Positions 17,987-26,900 of a DNA stretch of 52,872 nt are shown here, in pieces. Source of the DNA: an uncultured Smithella sp. Its GTDB lineage: Bacteria; Desulfobacterota; Syntrophia; Syntrophales; Smithellaceae. The notes beneath the pieces were generated by a model. The model did not search any database. It saw only the letters and a list, made by a program, of their open reading frames with translations, and was not told where the DNA came from. Position 1 is the first letter of the stretch, and every line of letters starts with the position of its first letter. The DNA lies in contig CAYZLL010000003.1 in NCBI GenBank assembly GCA_964479225.1, positions 1 through 52,872 of the forward strand. The letters run 5' to 3'. The translations under genes and the position numbers were made by a program.

Positions 17987-18258
17987 AACGTTGCACGTTC
18001 AATGGAAACAAAATGCGTTCGCTGGATGATTTCTATGATCGCATCTCGACCCTCAAGGATATGCCGGAGCACTTCGGACGCAATCTCGACGGGCTTTGGG
18101 ATGCCCTTTCCACAGATGTCGAAGGCCCATTCGAGATTATCTGGAAAAACGCGGATGTCTCCAAAAAGTTGATGGGCAAAAATTTTAACCGGGTCGTAAA
18201 ATTGTTGCGGGAACTGGAAGAAGAGCGGGACGACTTTAAACTGAAGATTGATCTTTAA
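17977..18258 (+). CDS. Barstar (barnase inhibitor)
   Basis: FNGNKMRSLDDFYDRIS..MPEHFGRNLDGLWDALSTDVEGPFEIIW parallels barstar [49 protein letters not shown]. The start overlaps the barnase 3' end by 10 nt. Confidence 0.9.
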   Translation: MSIKRCTFNGNKMRSLDDFYDRISTLKDMPEHFGRNLDGLWDALSTDVEGPFEIIWKNADVSKKLMGKNFNRVVKLLRELEEERDDFKLKIDL

Positions 18259-18279
18259 TACGGGGCAGCCATTGCTCAA

Positions 18280-19914
18280 TCAGGCCGCACGATGCTCCCG
18301 GCCGGACTTCTCCAGATAGTATTCATAATGACCATTGTAAATACGCATTTCGCCATGATCAATTTCGAAGACGCGATTGATGAGACAACGAAGGAAGTGG
18401 CGGTCATGGCTGACGAGCACAACCGTGCCGGTAAAGTTTTGCAAGGCGGCAAGCAGCGTTTCGCGTGACTGGATATCGAGATGGTTGGTCGGTTCATCGA
18501 GGATCAGCAGGTTGATCGGCTGAACCAGCATCGTCGCCAGAACCACCCTGCTCTTTTCACCGCCGGATAATTTGTCAATCCGTTTATAAATATCATCACC
18601 CTGAAACAGAAAAGCTGCGCAGAGATTGCGCAATGTGCCAAGATGCGCCGTGGGCATGGAATCCTGCACGGTATCCAGCACGGTCTTTCGCGGATCGAGA
18701 ATATCCATGGCATGCTGGCTGAAATAGCCGGGATAAACGTTGGCGCCCAGATTCATGCTCCCGGTTGACGGTTCGGCCTGACCCGCCAGCACTTTTAAGA
18801 ATGTGGACTTACCGGCGCCGTTGACACCAACCACGGCGATCTTTTCCTGACGCCGTATAACACCGGTGATGCCGCCAAAGACGGATTTTTCGCCCCCGCC
18901 GGGACATGGCCAGACTTTGCCAAGCTCATCGAGTTTGACCACATCATCACCGCTGCGCGGCGGCTCGGCAAACTCGAATTTAATGTTCCGCTGTTCGGCG
19001 GGGATTTCGATGCGCTCAATCTTGTCGATCTTCTTGATTCGTGACTGCACCTGAGAGGCGTGAGATGCCCGCGCCGCAAAACGGGCAATAAAATCTTCTT
19101 CCTTGGACAGCATTTCCTGCTGACGGCGGTAGCTGGCCAACAGTTGCTCACGCCGGATTTCCCGTTCACGCAGGTAAAAATCATAATTGCCGCTGTACGT
19201 GGTAATCGTGCGGTTAGCGACCTCCACTATTCGGTTCACAACGCGGTTCATAAATTCGCGGTCATGACTGGTCATTAAAAGCGCGCCCGCAAATGAACCG
19301 GACAGCCACTCTTCCAGCCAGATAATCGATTCCACATCAAGATGGTTTGTGGGTTCATCCAACAAGAGTACATCCGGATTGATCGATAGGATTTTGGCCA
19401 GCGCAATGCGCATTTTCCAGCCGCCGCTGAATGTTTCCACCGGGTGATGGTAATCATCCGGCCCGATGCCCAGGCCGGTCAAAATAATTTGCGCGCGGCT
19501 TTCCAGATCGTAGCCGCCACGATGTTCGAACTCGGCCTGTATGGTGCCATAGCGCTCCAGCAGTTCGGCCATTTCCTCTTCTTCCAGAGGCTCGCTCATG
19601 GCCGCTTCCATCTCCTGAATCTGCCGGCCTAACCTTGTTACATCCCCGGAGGCAGACATGACCTCCTGAAGCGCAGAGCGGCCGGACATGGCGCCGACAT
19701 CCTGAGAAAAATATCCGCAAACCATGTTGCGCGCTTTCGTGATTTCTCCGGAATCAAACTCTTCTTCACCCATGATCAGACGAAAAATGCTGGTTTTGCC
19801 CGCACCGTTTGGCCCGACTAACCCGCTGCGGCTGCCGGGCAATATCTGAAAACTGGCATCCCGAAACAGGATTTGCGGACCATGCTGTTTGGAAATGCCA
19901 CTGAAATGAATCAT
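18280..19914 (-). CDS. ABC-F family ATPase (two ABC cassettes, no membrane domain)
   Basis: The Walker A motifs are GPNGAGKTS and GVNGAGKST. The signature motifs are FSGGWKMR and LSGGEKSR. An inter-domain linker carries Arg/Glu-rich helices. Confidence 0.9.
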   Translation of the reverse strand: MIHFSGISKQHGPQILFRDASFQILPGSRSGLVGPNGAGKTSIFRLIMGEEEFDSGEITKARNMVCGYFSQDVGAMSGRSALQEVMSASGDVTRLGRQIQEMEAAMSEPLEEEEMAELLERYGTIQAEFEHRGGYDLESRAQIILTGLGIGPDDYHHPVETFSGGWKMRIALAKILSINPDVLLLDEPTNHLDVESIIWLEEWLSGSFAGALLMTSHDREFMNRVVNRIVEVANRTITTYSGNYDFYLREREIRREQLLASYRRQQEMLSKEEDFIARFAARASHASQVQSRIKKIDKIERIEIPAEQRNIKFEFAEPPRSGDDVVKLDELGKVWPCPGGGEKSVFGGITGVIRRQEKIAVVGVNGAGKSTFLKVLAGQAEPSTGSMNLGANVYPGYFSQHAMDILDPRKTVLDTVQDSMPTAHLGTLRNLCAAFLFQGDDIYKRIDKLSGGEKSRVVLATMLVQPINLLILDEPTNHLDIQSRETLLAALQNFTGTVVLVSHDRHFLRCLINRVFEIDHGEMRIYNGHYEYYLEKSGREHRAA

Positions 19915-19984
19915 AGATCGTTACCCCTCGTTAAGGTGGCGCACTGGTAGCATATCAATGATGTTGCTGCAAGATGATTTGATT

Positions 19985-20031
19985 TTTAAAAGAAAAGAGC
20001 AGAAGGTTTATGACAAAAAACCCTCTGCTCT
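19985..20031 (-). terminator. Rho-independent terminator of the RRM-protein gene
   Basis: On the minus strand, AGAGCAGAGGG - 14-nt loop - CCTTCTGCTCT is followed by TTTCTTTTAAAAA. Confidence 0.7.
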
Positions 20032-20048
20032 TTCTTATCTATAATCTT

Positions 20049-20128
20049 GATCCCTCGTCGCTACGCTCCTGGGATAGTTCGTCCAACAAATTTCAGTGCG
20101 CTTCGCTTCTGAAACTTGGGTCTCACTA
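20049..20128 (-). repeat. Copy 2 of the ~80-nt two-hairpin element, forming the 3' UTR of the RRM-protein gene
   Basis: See copy 1. Its first three minus-strand nucleotides (TAG, 20126..20128) are the RRM gene's stop codon. The hairpin-1 stem has one A-to-G change that keeps pairing as G-U. Confidence 0.8.
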
Positions 20129-20494
20129 GTATCTTCCACCGCCACCGCCACGATTTCCACCGCCACGATTTCCACCGCCACGGAATCCGCCACCACCGCC
20201 GGGACGTCCGCCGCCTCTGGGGCCACCGCCGCCGGCACCGAATTCTTTCTTCGGTCTGGCTTCGTTGACAGTAATTGCTTTTCCGTCCAGCGTTCCGCCA
20301 TTGAATTTCTTAATGGCCTCTGCTGCGCCTTCTTCTGTTTTCATTTCGACAAAACCAAAACCTTTGGACTGGCCGCTGAATTTGTCTTTGATGATGGTTG
20401 CGGATGCTACTTCTCCCGCTTCGGAAAAGTTCGATTTGAGATCTTCATCCGTAATTTTGTAAGACAGGTTTCCGACATACAAATTTTTGTTCAT
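20126..20494 (-). CDS. RRM-type RNA-binding protein with a Gly/Arg-rich (RGG) C-terminal tail
   Basis: RNP2 is LYVGNL and RNP1 is KGFGFVEM. The tail is GGGGPRGGGRPGGGGGFRGGGNRGGGNRGGGGGRY, encoded by a short tandem DNA repeat (ccaccgccacgattt x2). Confidence 0.9.
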   Translation of the reverse strand: MNKNLYVGNLSYKITDEDLKSNFSEAGEVASATIIKDKFSGQSKGFGFVEMKTEEGAAEAIKKFNGGTLDGKAITVNEARPKKEFGAGGGGPRGGGRPGGGGGFRGGGNRGGGNRGGGGGRY

Positions 20495-20650
20495 TTTCTT
20501 CCCCTTTCAATTCATTAAATTTACGTTTCCCCTGGGGGCCCACAAAGCATCAATGTCACCCCCATCCGTCTCCTGGTTGAGAAGGAAGGAAAAAGTGAGG
20601 GGCTTGTATGCCTTACCTCTGGAGCTATTCAAGCTCTTTGCCGCTTAAAG

Positions 20651-20686
20651 CGAAAAACCACCATGCTCTGAGGCTTTGGTGGTTGT
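20651..20686 (-). terminator. Rho-independent terminator downstream of the ABC-2 exporter operon
   Basis: On the minus strand, AACCACCA-AAGCCTCAGAGCA-TGGTGGTT is followed by TTTTCGC (plus coordinates 20656..20684, with an A-run at 20653..20657). Confidence 0.6.
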
Positions 20687-20817
20687 GTCTTATTTATTTA
20701 GAAAAGTTTAACATTCTATAATAGAAAAACACTTACTTATGCTTTGCGGTTAACTATTCACAATACAGGTTTTTAGTCAAGTAATATATTTTCTTTTGTT
20801 TTTCAGGGCGTTAAGCA

Positions 20818-21597
20818 TTATTTGATCAGCCTGCGGCGCATTTTGAAAATGGCAAGAGGAAACGCAACAAGACAAAAAACAACCAGATAGATAAAGCCGG
20901 CCATGGCTTCAACATTGAACATCCCCATACTCAATGCCCGGGTCAGATTGACCAGATGCGTCAGCGGCAGGGTTTGGGCGAAATATTGCGCCCAGACCGG
21001 CAACCCGGATATCGGGAAGAAAGTACCGCTGAAAAGAAACATCGGCGTGATGAATAAAAAAATAGGAAGATTAAATAATTCAATTCTGGCCACCATGCCC
21101 GTAAAAACCATGGCGATCGATCCGAAAGCAATGCCTCCAATAAAGGCTCCGAAAACGATCAGTAATGCCATCGGGAAATTGATCAGTCCGAAGAAACTGA
21201 TCACCACCAGCATAATGACCGTACCGATGACCGATTTGGTCGCGCCCCAGACTATTTCACCGGTTACTATTTCTTCAACATTGAGCGGTGTGGCCATCAT
21301 CGCGTCAAATGTTTTCTGATAATACATCCGGACAAAAGAGCCGAAGGTGTTTTCGAAAAATGAGTTGTTCATAATATTGATGGCCACCAGCGATGGCGCG
21401 ATAAATTGTACGTAAGAGACTTCCCGTCCGGCATAACGGACGGATTCAATCATGCCGCTGAAACCGATGCCAAAGGCCAGCAGGTAAAACAGCGGCTCCA
21501 AAAGCGGCGGCAGAAAGTTAATCTTCCAGTTTTCGCGGTAAACCGTGAGGTTGCGCTGCCAGACACGAAGGAATCGAGTGGAAATTTTGACGTTCAT
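20818..21597 (-). CDS. ABC-2 type exporter permease (NodJ/DrrB-like)
   Basis: It is a six-TM 259-aa protein with an ABC-2 membrane signature. Its start overlaps the ATPase gene stop (ATGA at 21594..21597). Confidence 0.8.
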   Translation of the reverse strand: MNVKISTRFLRVWQRNLTVYRENWKINFLPPLLEPLFYLLAFGIGFSGMIESVRYAGREVSYVQFIAPSLVAINIMNNSFFENTFGSFVRMYYQKTFDAMMATPLNVEEIVTGEIVWGATKSVIGTVIMLVVISFFGLINFPMALLIVFGAFIGGIAFGSIAMVFTGMVARIELFNLPIFLFITPMFLFSGTFFPISGLPVWAQYFAQTLPLTHLVNLTRALSMGMFNVEAMAGFIYLVVFCLVAFPLAIFKMRRRLIK

Positions 21598-22523
21598 TCA
21601 CGCAACTCCCTTCCGGTTAATTTCAAAAATACATCTTCGAGCGTTGCTGAACGTAAGACACAACTCTTGTGTGTAAATCGTCCGCAGATTTCACGATAGA
21701 GTTCATGTCCGTTTTCGGCATAAATAATCAGGCGATGGCCTAAATCTTCCTGCCTTACTTTCTTTTCGCGGGAAAACGCGCGTAAATCGTCTTCCGGCTC
21801 GGCTACTTCAATAATAGTCTCACCGGTGTATTCGCTGATCAAAGATTGAGGAGAGCCCTGTGCCAGAATTTTCCCGTGATCCATGATCACCAGATCATCA
21901 CAAAGACGCGCCGCTTCATCCATGTAATGCGTGGTCAGCAAAATAGTTATGCCCTCCTTTTTTAAATTCTCCAGGCGTTCCCAGAGCTGATGGCGTGACT
22001 GCGGATCGAGACCCGTTGTCGGTTCATCGAGGATGATCAGTTCGGGCTGATTGATCAGAGCACGGGCGATGACGAGCCTGCGCACCATGCCGCCGGAAAG
22101 TTCCGTGGCACGGGCATCCCGTCGCTGTTCCAGGGCAAAATATTTTAGCAGGGATGATGCTCTTTCTATGGCCGTCTTTTTATCAATGTTGAAGTAACGG
22201 GCAAACACTTCAAAATTCTGCATGACCGTCAAATCAGGATCAAGCGTATTATCCTGCTGGCAGACGCCGATGCGGGCTTTGATTTTCCGGTATTGTACTT
22301 TGATGTCCAGCCCGAAAACAGAAATATCGCCGGAGGTAATCGGCGAAAAACCATAAATCATTCTGATGGTGGAGGTCTTGCCGGCGCCGTTCGGCCCCAG
22401 AATACCGAAACAAGTGCCTTTATCAACCCTGAAAGAAATATCATTGACCGCCGTAAAAGAACCAAAAGTCTTTATCAGGTTCCCGGCGGCGATCACCGTC
22501 TGAATGTCATTATTTGCGGACAT
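21594..22523 (-). CDS. ABC transporter ATP-binding protein (NodI/DrrA-like)
   Basis: Walker A is GPNGAGKTS, the signature is LSGGMVRR and Walker B is LIILDEPT. Confidence 0.9.
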   Translation of the reverse strand: MSANNDIQTVIAAGNLIKTFGSFTAVNDISFRVDKGTCFGILGPNGAGKTSTIRMIYGFSPITSGDISVFGLDIKVQYRKIKARIGVCQQDNTLDPDLTVMQNFEVFARYFNIDKKTAIERASSLLKYFALEQRRDARATELSGGMVRRLVIARALINQPELIILDEPTTGLDPQSRHQLWERLENLKKEGITILLTTHYMDEAARLCDDLVIMDHGKILAQGSPQSLISEYTGETIIEVAEPEDDLRAFSREKKVRQEDLGHRLIIYAENGHELYREICGRFTHKSCVLRSATLEDVFLKLTGRELRE

Positions 22524-22602
22524 GGTGTTCTCACTTTATCGAATTAATCATTATGTTAATTGCCGAATCATTGTCAACAAAAAGAAAACGCCCATTTTAT
22601 GT

Positions 22603-22631
22603 TTGACGAAAGACTTTCCTTCTATTATAGT
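22603..22631 (+). promoter_or_regulatory. Sigma70-type promoter (TTGACG-17-TATAGT)
   Basis: The -35 is at 22603..22608, the spacer is exactly 17 nt and the -10 is at 22626..22631, ~65 nt upstream of the small ORF's start. Confidence 0.5.
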
Positions 22632-22697
22632 TATGACAACTTTAATCCAGCGATGATGTTATTGCTGAAACTGAAATTAATATTTGGAGGACAGACG

Positions 22698-22805
22698 ATG
22701 AGTAAGTCAATGGACAAAGGGAAAAAAGACGCGAAGAAAAAACCGGTTAAATCCGTCAAAGAAAAAAAAGAAGCCAAGAAGTTGAAGAAGGCAGGCAAAG
22801 TCTGA
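22698..22805 (+). CDS. 35-aa lysine-rich basic protein
   Basis: GGAGG lies 8 nt upstream of the ATG at 22698. The peptide is MSKSMDKGKKDAKKKPVKSVKEKKEAKKLKKAGKV. A near-consensus promoter lies upstream. I see no homology I can assert. Confidence 0.45.
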   Translation: MSKSMDKGKKDAKKKPVKSVKEKKEAKKLKKAGKV

Positions 22806-22965
22806 GTTCTGATCAGGCAAGCAAAGCCAGCGGTAATATTTAAGGCGATTTTCACAAAATGTTTATATCCTAATTTAATCAGGACATACATTGGTGTGCT
22901 CGTTCTCTGAAATTTTTACCGTTCCTTAATATTGCGACATAAAAGACAACCCCAAAGGATTTCTT

Positions 22966-24591
22966 ATGAAAATTAAATTTCTCGGAGCGGCCAGAGAAGT
23001 CACCGGCTCCTGCTTTGTTATCGAAACCGATCAGGCCAGATTCGCCGTTGATTGCGGCATGCATCAGGGCGGATCAGACATGGAAGCGCGCAACTGGGAC
23101 ATCAATGTTTATGACCCGAAAAACATCGATTTCTTTCTGATAACGCACGCGCATATTGATCATTCCGGTTTGCTGCCGCGGATGGTGCAGAATGGATTCA
23201 AGGGGCCTGTTTACGCAACAGAGCCGACGGGAGAATTGATCAAGATCCTGCTTCTGGACAGCGCCCATATCCAGGAAACTGATTCGATAGCGAAAACGAG
23301 AAGGCTGCAGCGTAACGGCAAAACTGAAAAGGTTGAGCCGCTTTATTCAACCAAGGATGCCGAAGCGGTAGCGCCTCTGATTAAAACAAAACGTTACAAT
23401 GAAGTTTTCACGCCCGCCAATGGCATCAAGGTTAATTTTCAGGATGCCGGCCACATCCTGGGCGCTGGGATCCTGGAATTATTCGTCGAAGAAAATGGTT
23501 CTTCTTCAAAGCTGGTTTTCTCCGGTGACATCGGCCGCAGTCATCAATTGCTGATGAAGGATCCGGCGGACATTCATAACGCGGACTTCCTTTTCATGGA
23601 ATCGACTTACGGCGACCGGGATCATAAAGGCGAAGAAGACAGTTTAAATGAAATGGCCGAAGCGATTCAGTACAGTTACGCCAAAAATGAAAAGATAATC
23701 ATTCCCGCTTTCGCTGTCGAACGAACACAGGAAATTCTTTATTCTCTTTACCTGCTCAACCGCGACGGGAGACTGCCCAAAGACATACCGGTGATTCTGG
23801 ACAGCCCGCTGGCCATCAAAGCAACAGAAATATTCCGTAAATACCGTTCTTATCTGGACGAGGAGACGCACAGTCTTTTGAAAGCAGGAGAAGACCCTTT
23901 GGATTTGCCGCAGCTTCAGTTTTCATCATCAACCGAGCAATCCATGAAAATCAATGAGATGAACGGATCGGCCATCGTCATCTCTGCGAGCGGCATGGCC
24001 AACGCCGGCAGAATCAGGCATCATCTGCGGCATAATTTATGGCGTCCCGGCGCCAGCGTTGTTTTTGTCGGTTTTCAGGCACAGGGAACGCCCGGCCGAA
24101 AAATCATCGAAGGCGCGAAAAAAATCCGCATTTTCAGTGAAGACATCGCTGTCAAGGCCAGAATCTGGACAATCGGCGGTTTTTCCGCCCACGCCGGGCA
24201 AAGCCAGCTTCTGGAGTGGTTGAGTAATTTTTCGAATAAAAATATCCCGGTCTTCCTGGTCCATGGTGAACCGGCCGCCCAGGACACACTGGCTTCTTTA
24301 ATCAAACAGAAACTCGGTTTTGACGCAACCATTCCCGATTATCTGGAAGAAATAACCCTCAAGGCGGGCATGAAACCAGAGGTGTTGATACAACCGAAAG
24401 CCGAGTTGCCGCCGGTTGAGCTGGCTCCGTTACTTGCTGATCTGAAGACGAAACTGGATCATCTCAATGGCCAACTGGGCAATATTCAAACGCTGCCTGC
24501 ATCACGGCAGGCTGATTTTCTCAACCTGCTCAAACAGGCAAATCGGGATATGGATGAAATTAAAATAAGAAATCTGGATGCCCGGAAATAA
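22966..24591 (+). CDS. Metallo-beta-lactamase / beta-CASP family RNA-metabolising hydrolase
   Basis: The MBL motif is ITHAHIDHSG. The beta-CASP region and C-terminal RMMBL-like region (GFSAHAGQSQL, FLVHGE) are present. The protein is 541 aa. Confidence 0.85.
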   Translation: MKIKFLGAAREVTGSCFVIETDQARFAVDCGMHQGGSDMEARNWDINVYDPKNIDFFLITHAHIDHSGLLPRMVQNGFKGPVYATEPTGELIKILLLDSAHIQETDSIAKTRRLQRNGKTEKVEPLYSTKDAEAVAPLIKTKRYNEVFTPANGIKVNFQDAGHILGAGILELFVEENGSSSKLVFSGDIGRSHQLLMKDPADIHNADFLFMESTYGDRDHKGEEDSLNEMAEAIQYSYAKNEKIIIPAFAVERTQEILYSLYLLNRDGRLPKDIPVILDSPLAIKATEIFRKYRSYLDEETHSLLKAGEDPLDLPQLQFSSSTEQSMKINEMNGSAIVISASGMANAGRIRHHLRHNLWRPGASVVFVGFQAQGTPGRKIIEGAKKIRIFSEDIAVKARIWTIGGFSAHAGQSQLLEWLSNFSNKNIPVFLVHGEPAAQDTLASLIKQKLGFDATIPDYLEEITLKAGMKPEVLIQPKAELPPVELAPLLADLKTKLDHLNGQLGNIQTLPASRQADFLNLLKQANRDMDEIKIRNLDARK

Positions 24592-24593
24592 TA

Positions 24594-25517
24594 TCAAAAA
24601 TCTCCATGCGGGATTTTGATATCGGGATGGAAAATCAACGCCATCGTTTCTATCGCGTCAAAAAGGCGCGGCGATGCCCGGCTGATCAGGTCGGTATTCA
24701 CCGGATAAATTTGATTATTTTTTACCGCCGGTACCTGTTGAAATTCCCGCCAGAACTTTTTCACCGCTGTAAATTCTTTATCATGGGCCATGGGCGCGAA
24801 TAAAATGATGTCCGGCGCTCCCTTGATAATGCCTTCCGCACTGTATCGGGGATAACGGGCGGTATCATTACCGGCAATATTGAACCCGCCGGCACGATCA
24901 ATGACTTCATGGATGATTGTTCCCCCTCCTACAGTGATCAGCGGCTCCAGACCGATTTGAAAAAAAACTCTCGGTTTGGTTTTGTTTTTTGTTTGCGCGG
25001 TAATGTTGTTCAGTCTCGCGCGCAGTTTTTTCACCAGTTGCGCGGCGGCATTTTTTCGATTGGTGATTTCCCCGATATGAATGATGCCTTCTAAAATTTT
25101 GTCGGTATGGGAAGGATTGATGACATAAACAGGCAGGCCGATTCTTTCCAGTTGCATAACGGTATCTTTCCGGTTACCGTCAATCGTCGCGATAATTAAA
25201 TCCGGTTTCAATGAAACAATTTTTTCGATGGATGGATTGGTGAACCCGCCGATCCGTGGTTTTTTAAGCGCTCGGGATGGCCAGTTGCAATAACTGGTGA
25301 CGCCCGCAATCTTGTTGTCCAGGCCAAGCGCATAAAGAGTTTCTGTAATCCCGGGAGCGAGGGACACAATTCTTTGCGGCGCCGCCGTGACATGGATACG
25401 GCGTCCTATTTCGTCAGTTACCGCAAAACCAAAGGATGCCTTAACCAAAAATAATGTGATTGCTAAATTAATCAGCAATATTGTTTTTTTTTGCCGATAG
25501 AATAGTTGAATTCGCAT
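24594..25517 (-). CDS. Periplasmic binding protein, cobalamin/Fe3+-siderophore (BtuF/FhuD-like) family
   Basis: It has a signal-anchor N-terminus. PQRIVSLAPGITETLYALGL and KPDLIIAT are hallmark blocks of type-8 periplasmic binding proteins. Confidence 0.8.
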   Translation of the reverse strand: MRIQLFYRQKKTILLINLAITLFLVKASFGFAVTDEIGRRIHVTAAPQRIVSLAPGITETLYALGLDNKIAGVTSYCNWPSRALKKPRIGGFTNPSIEKIVSLKPDLIIATIDGNRKDTVMQLERIGLPVYVINPSHTDKILEGIIHIGEITNRKNAAAQLVKKLRARLNNITAQTKNKTKPRVFFQIGLEPLITVGGGTIIHEVIDRAGGFNIAGNDTARYPRYSAEGIIKGAPDIILFAPMAHDKEFTAVKKFWREFQQVPAVKNNQIYPVNTDLISRASPRLFDAIETMALIFHPDIKIPHGDF

Positions 25518-25535
25518 AAAGGTATTCCAAAGAAT

Positions 25536-26114
25536 CTAGTCTGTGATCTTGTAGTTGAACGACGCAATGATATGCAGGCGCGCAAGGCCGTAATTCGACG
25601 GCAATGGCTCGTAAGGAGCGGCATCCTGCACAACCCGTAAAGCTCCCTGATCAAGGTTCTGGGATCCTGACGAAGACAGCAGAACGATGCCGGCAAGCTT
25701 GCCGTCGGCGTCAATGGACATTTTGACGACGACATTTCCCTCTTCAATATTTTCGTACGCTTTTTGAGGGTAAATCCAAATGCGCAGAATCCTGTTTTTT
25801 ACTTTCGTCAGGTAAGGAACATATTTCACGTCCAGGCTTCCCAAATCAACGGTGTCTTCACGCCAGTTCTTATCTTTAACAGCAGCAACGCCTTTTTCTT
25901 TTTGCGGCTGAACGGATTTTGTTTTCGCTTCGTCCTTTTTATTTTTTGGAACCGGCTCCTGTTTATCCTCGGGTACCGGATCGCTGATACTGACCGAAAG
26001 AACATCCAGCGGTTTGGCATGATCATTCAAATTAATCATACCCGCCACTCCCAGAAGCGTCATATGAACGATCACCGATATGAAGACCGGCCACAGAATG
26101 GCTTTTTTATCCAT
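25536..26114 (-). CDS. tonB: TonB family energy transducer
   Basis: An N-terminal TM (ILWPVFISVIVHMTLLGVAG) is followed by the Pro/Lys/Glu linker PVPEDKQEPVPKNKKDEAK. The C-terminal TonB_C is (YPQKAYENIEEGNVVVKMSIDADGKL). Confidence 0.8.
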   Translation of the reverse strand: MDKKAILWPVFISVIVHMTLLGVAGMINLNDHAKPLDVLSVSISDPVPEDKQEPVPKNKKDEAKTKSVQPQKEKGVAAVKDKNWREDTVDLGSLDVKYVPYLTKVKNRILRIWIYPQKAYENIEEGNVVVKMSIDADGKLAGIVLLSSSGSQNLDQGALRVVQDAAPYEPLPSNYGLARLHIIASFNYKITD

Positions 26115-26284
26115 ATTTTATGTTTCCCTGATCTGGATTTCCTGCACACAAAACTGATTTGCGCCATACCATATACGGCCTTGGCCACAAAATCAATAAT
26201 CGGAATGCACCTATGCACACAAATTTAATTGAGATAGAGGACGGGATATCCGAAAATATAAGTGCGGATGCCTTTTTTCAGGAA

Positions 26285-26320
26285 AGAAAAAAGGCAGGAT
26301 GAATACCCTGCCTTTTTTAC
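26285..26320 (-). terminator. Bidirectional rho-independent terminator after the SWIB gene
   Basis: The GGCAGG (26293..26298) / CCTGCC (26307..26312) stem is flanked by A6 and T6 runs. Confidence 0.7.
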
Positions 26321-26337
26321 TAAATATAAGCTGTAAA

Positions 26338-26670
26338 CTACTCGACATTGGCGCTGACAACAGAGGCAATCTGCATCATATCAATTGTCTGACCTTCTTT
26401 CAGTTTGGTGAAGTCAACAACCTTGCCGCTCGATGTTTTGACTTTGGTATTGTTGATAATTTTGATGAGTTTGGCGTCAATGACAATGTTTTTTCCGGCG
26501 TTTTCCGGTTTGCCGTTCACTGTTTTTGTCTGCAACTTGTTGGCTTTAATATAATCCCACAGTTTTTTGGTTATTTCCGTGCGGGGAAGAGCCTTTGCCC
26601 CTAACAGGTCTGCCAGATCCGCTTTCAATTTCACCGGTTTACTCAATCCTTTTTTTTCTACCATAATCAT
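26338..26670 (-). CDS. SWIB/MDM2 domain protein
   Basis: DLADLLGAKALPRTEITKKLWDYIKANKLQ is the core SWIB motif. The protein is a 110-aa single-domain protein. Confidence 0.8.
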   Translation of the reverse strand: MIMVEKKGLSKPVKLKADLADLLGAKALPRTEITKKLWDYIKANKLQTKTVNGKPENAGKNIVIDAKLIKIINNTKVKTSSGKVVDFTKLKEGQTIDMMQIASVVSANVE

Positions 26671-26900
26671 TGCCTCCGTTTTTTTATTTATTGGTTTTGT
26701 TGAGAATGCCTTTTGCGCGGGGAAGTATAAGAACTTTCAGTTTTGTCTGTCAAGGAAATATTGAAAAATATTCACCATGAAAGTTTGTTGGCATGAGCCA
26801 AAAAACCGGCCGGTCAGATTATTTGATTGACACAATGCCTGACTTCTTATAATCCAAGGTCGCCAAAAAAGTTTTTTATGAATAAATTCAGGGGTGAAAA

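Noticed and set aside
20096-20518. A 140-aa plus-strand ORF antisense to the RRM gene.
   Set aside because: Its Thr/Ala/Ser repeats are just the reverse complement of the GGN/CGN repeat that encodes the RGG tail.
26115-26290. A possible cobalamin riboswitch upstream of tonB / the BtuF-like genes (also checked upstream of icmA, 45404..45520).
   Set aside because: I could not identify a B12-box-like sequence or a GCCACUG core on the relevant strand.
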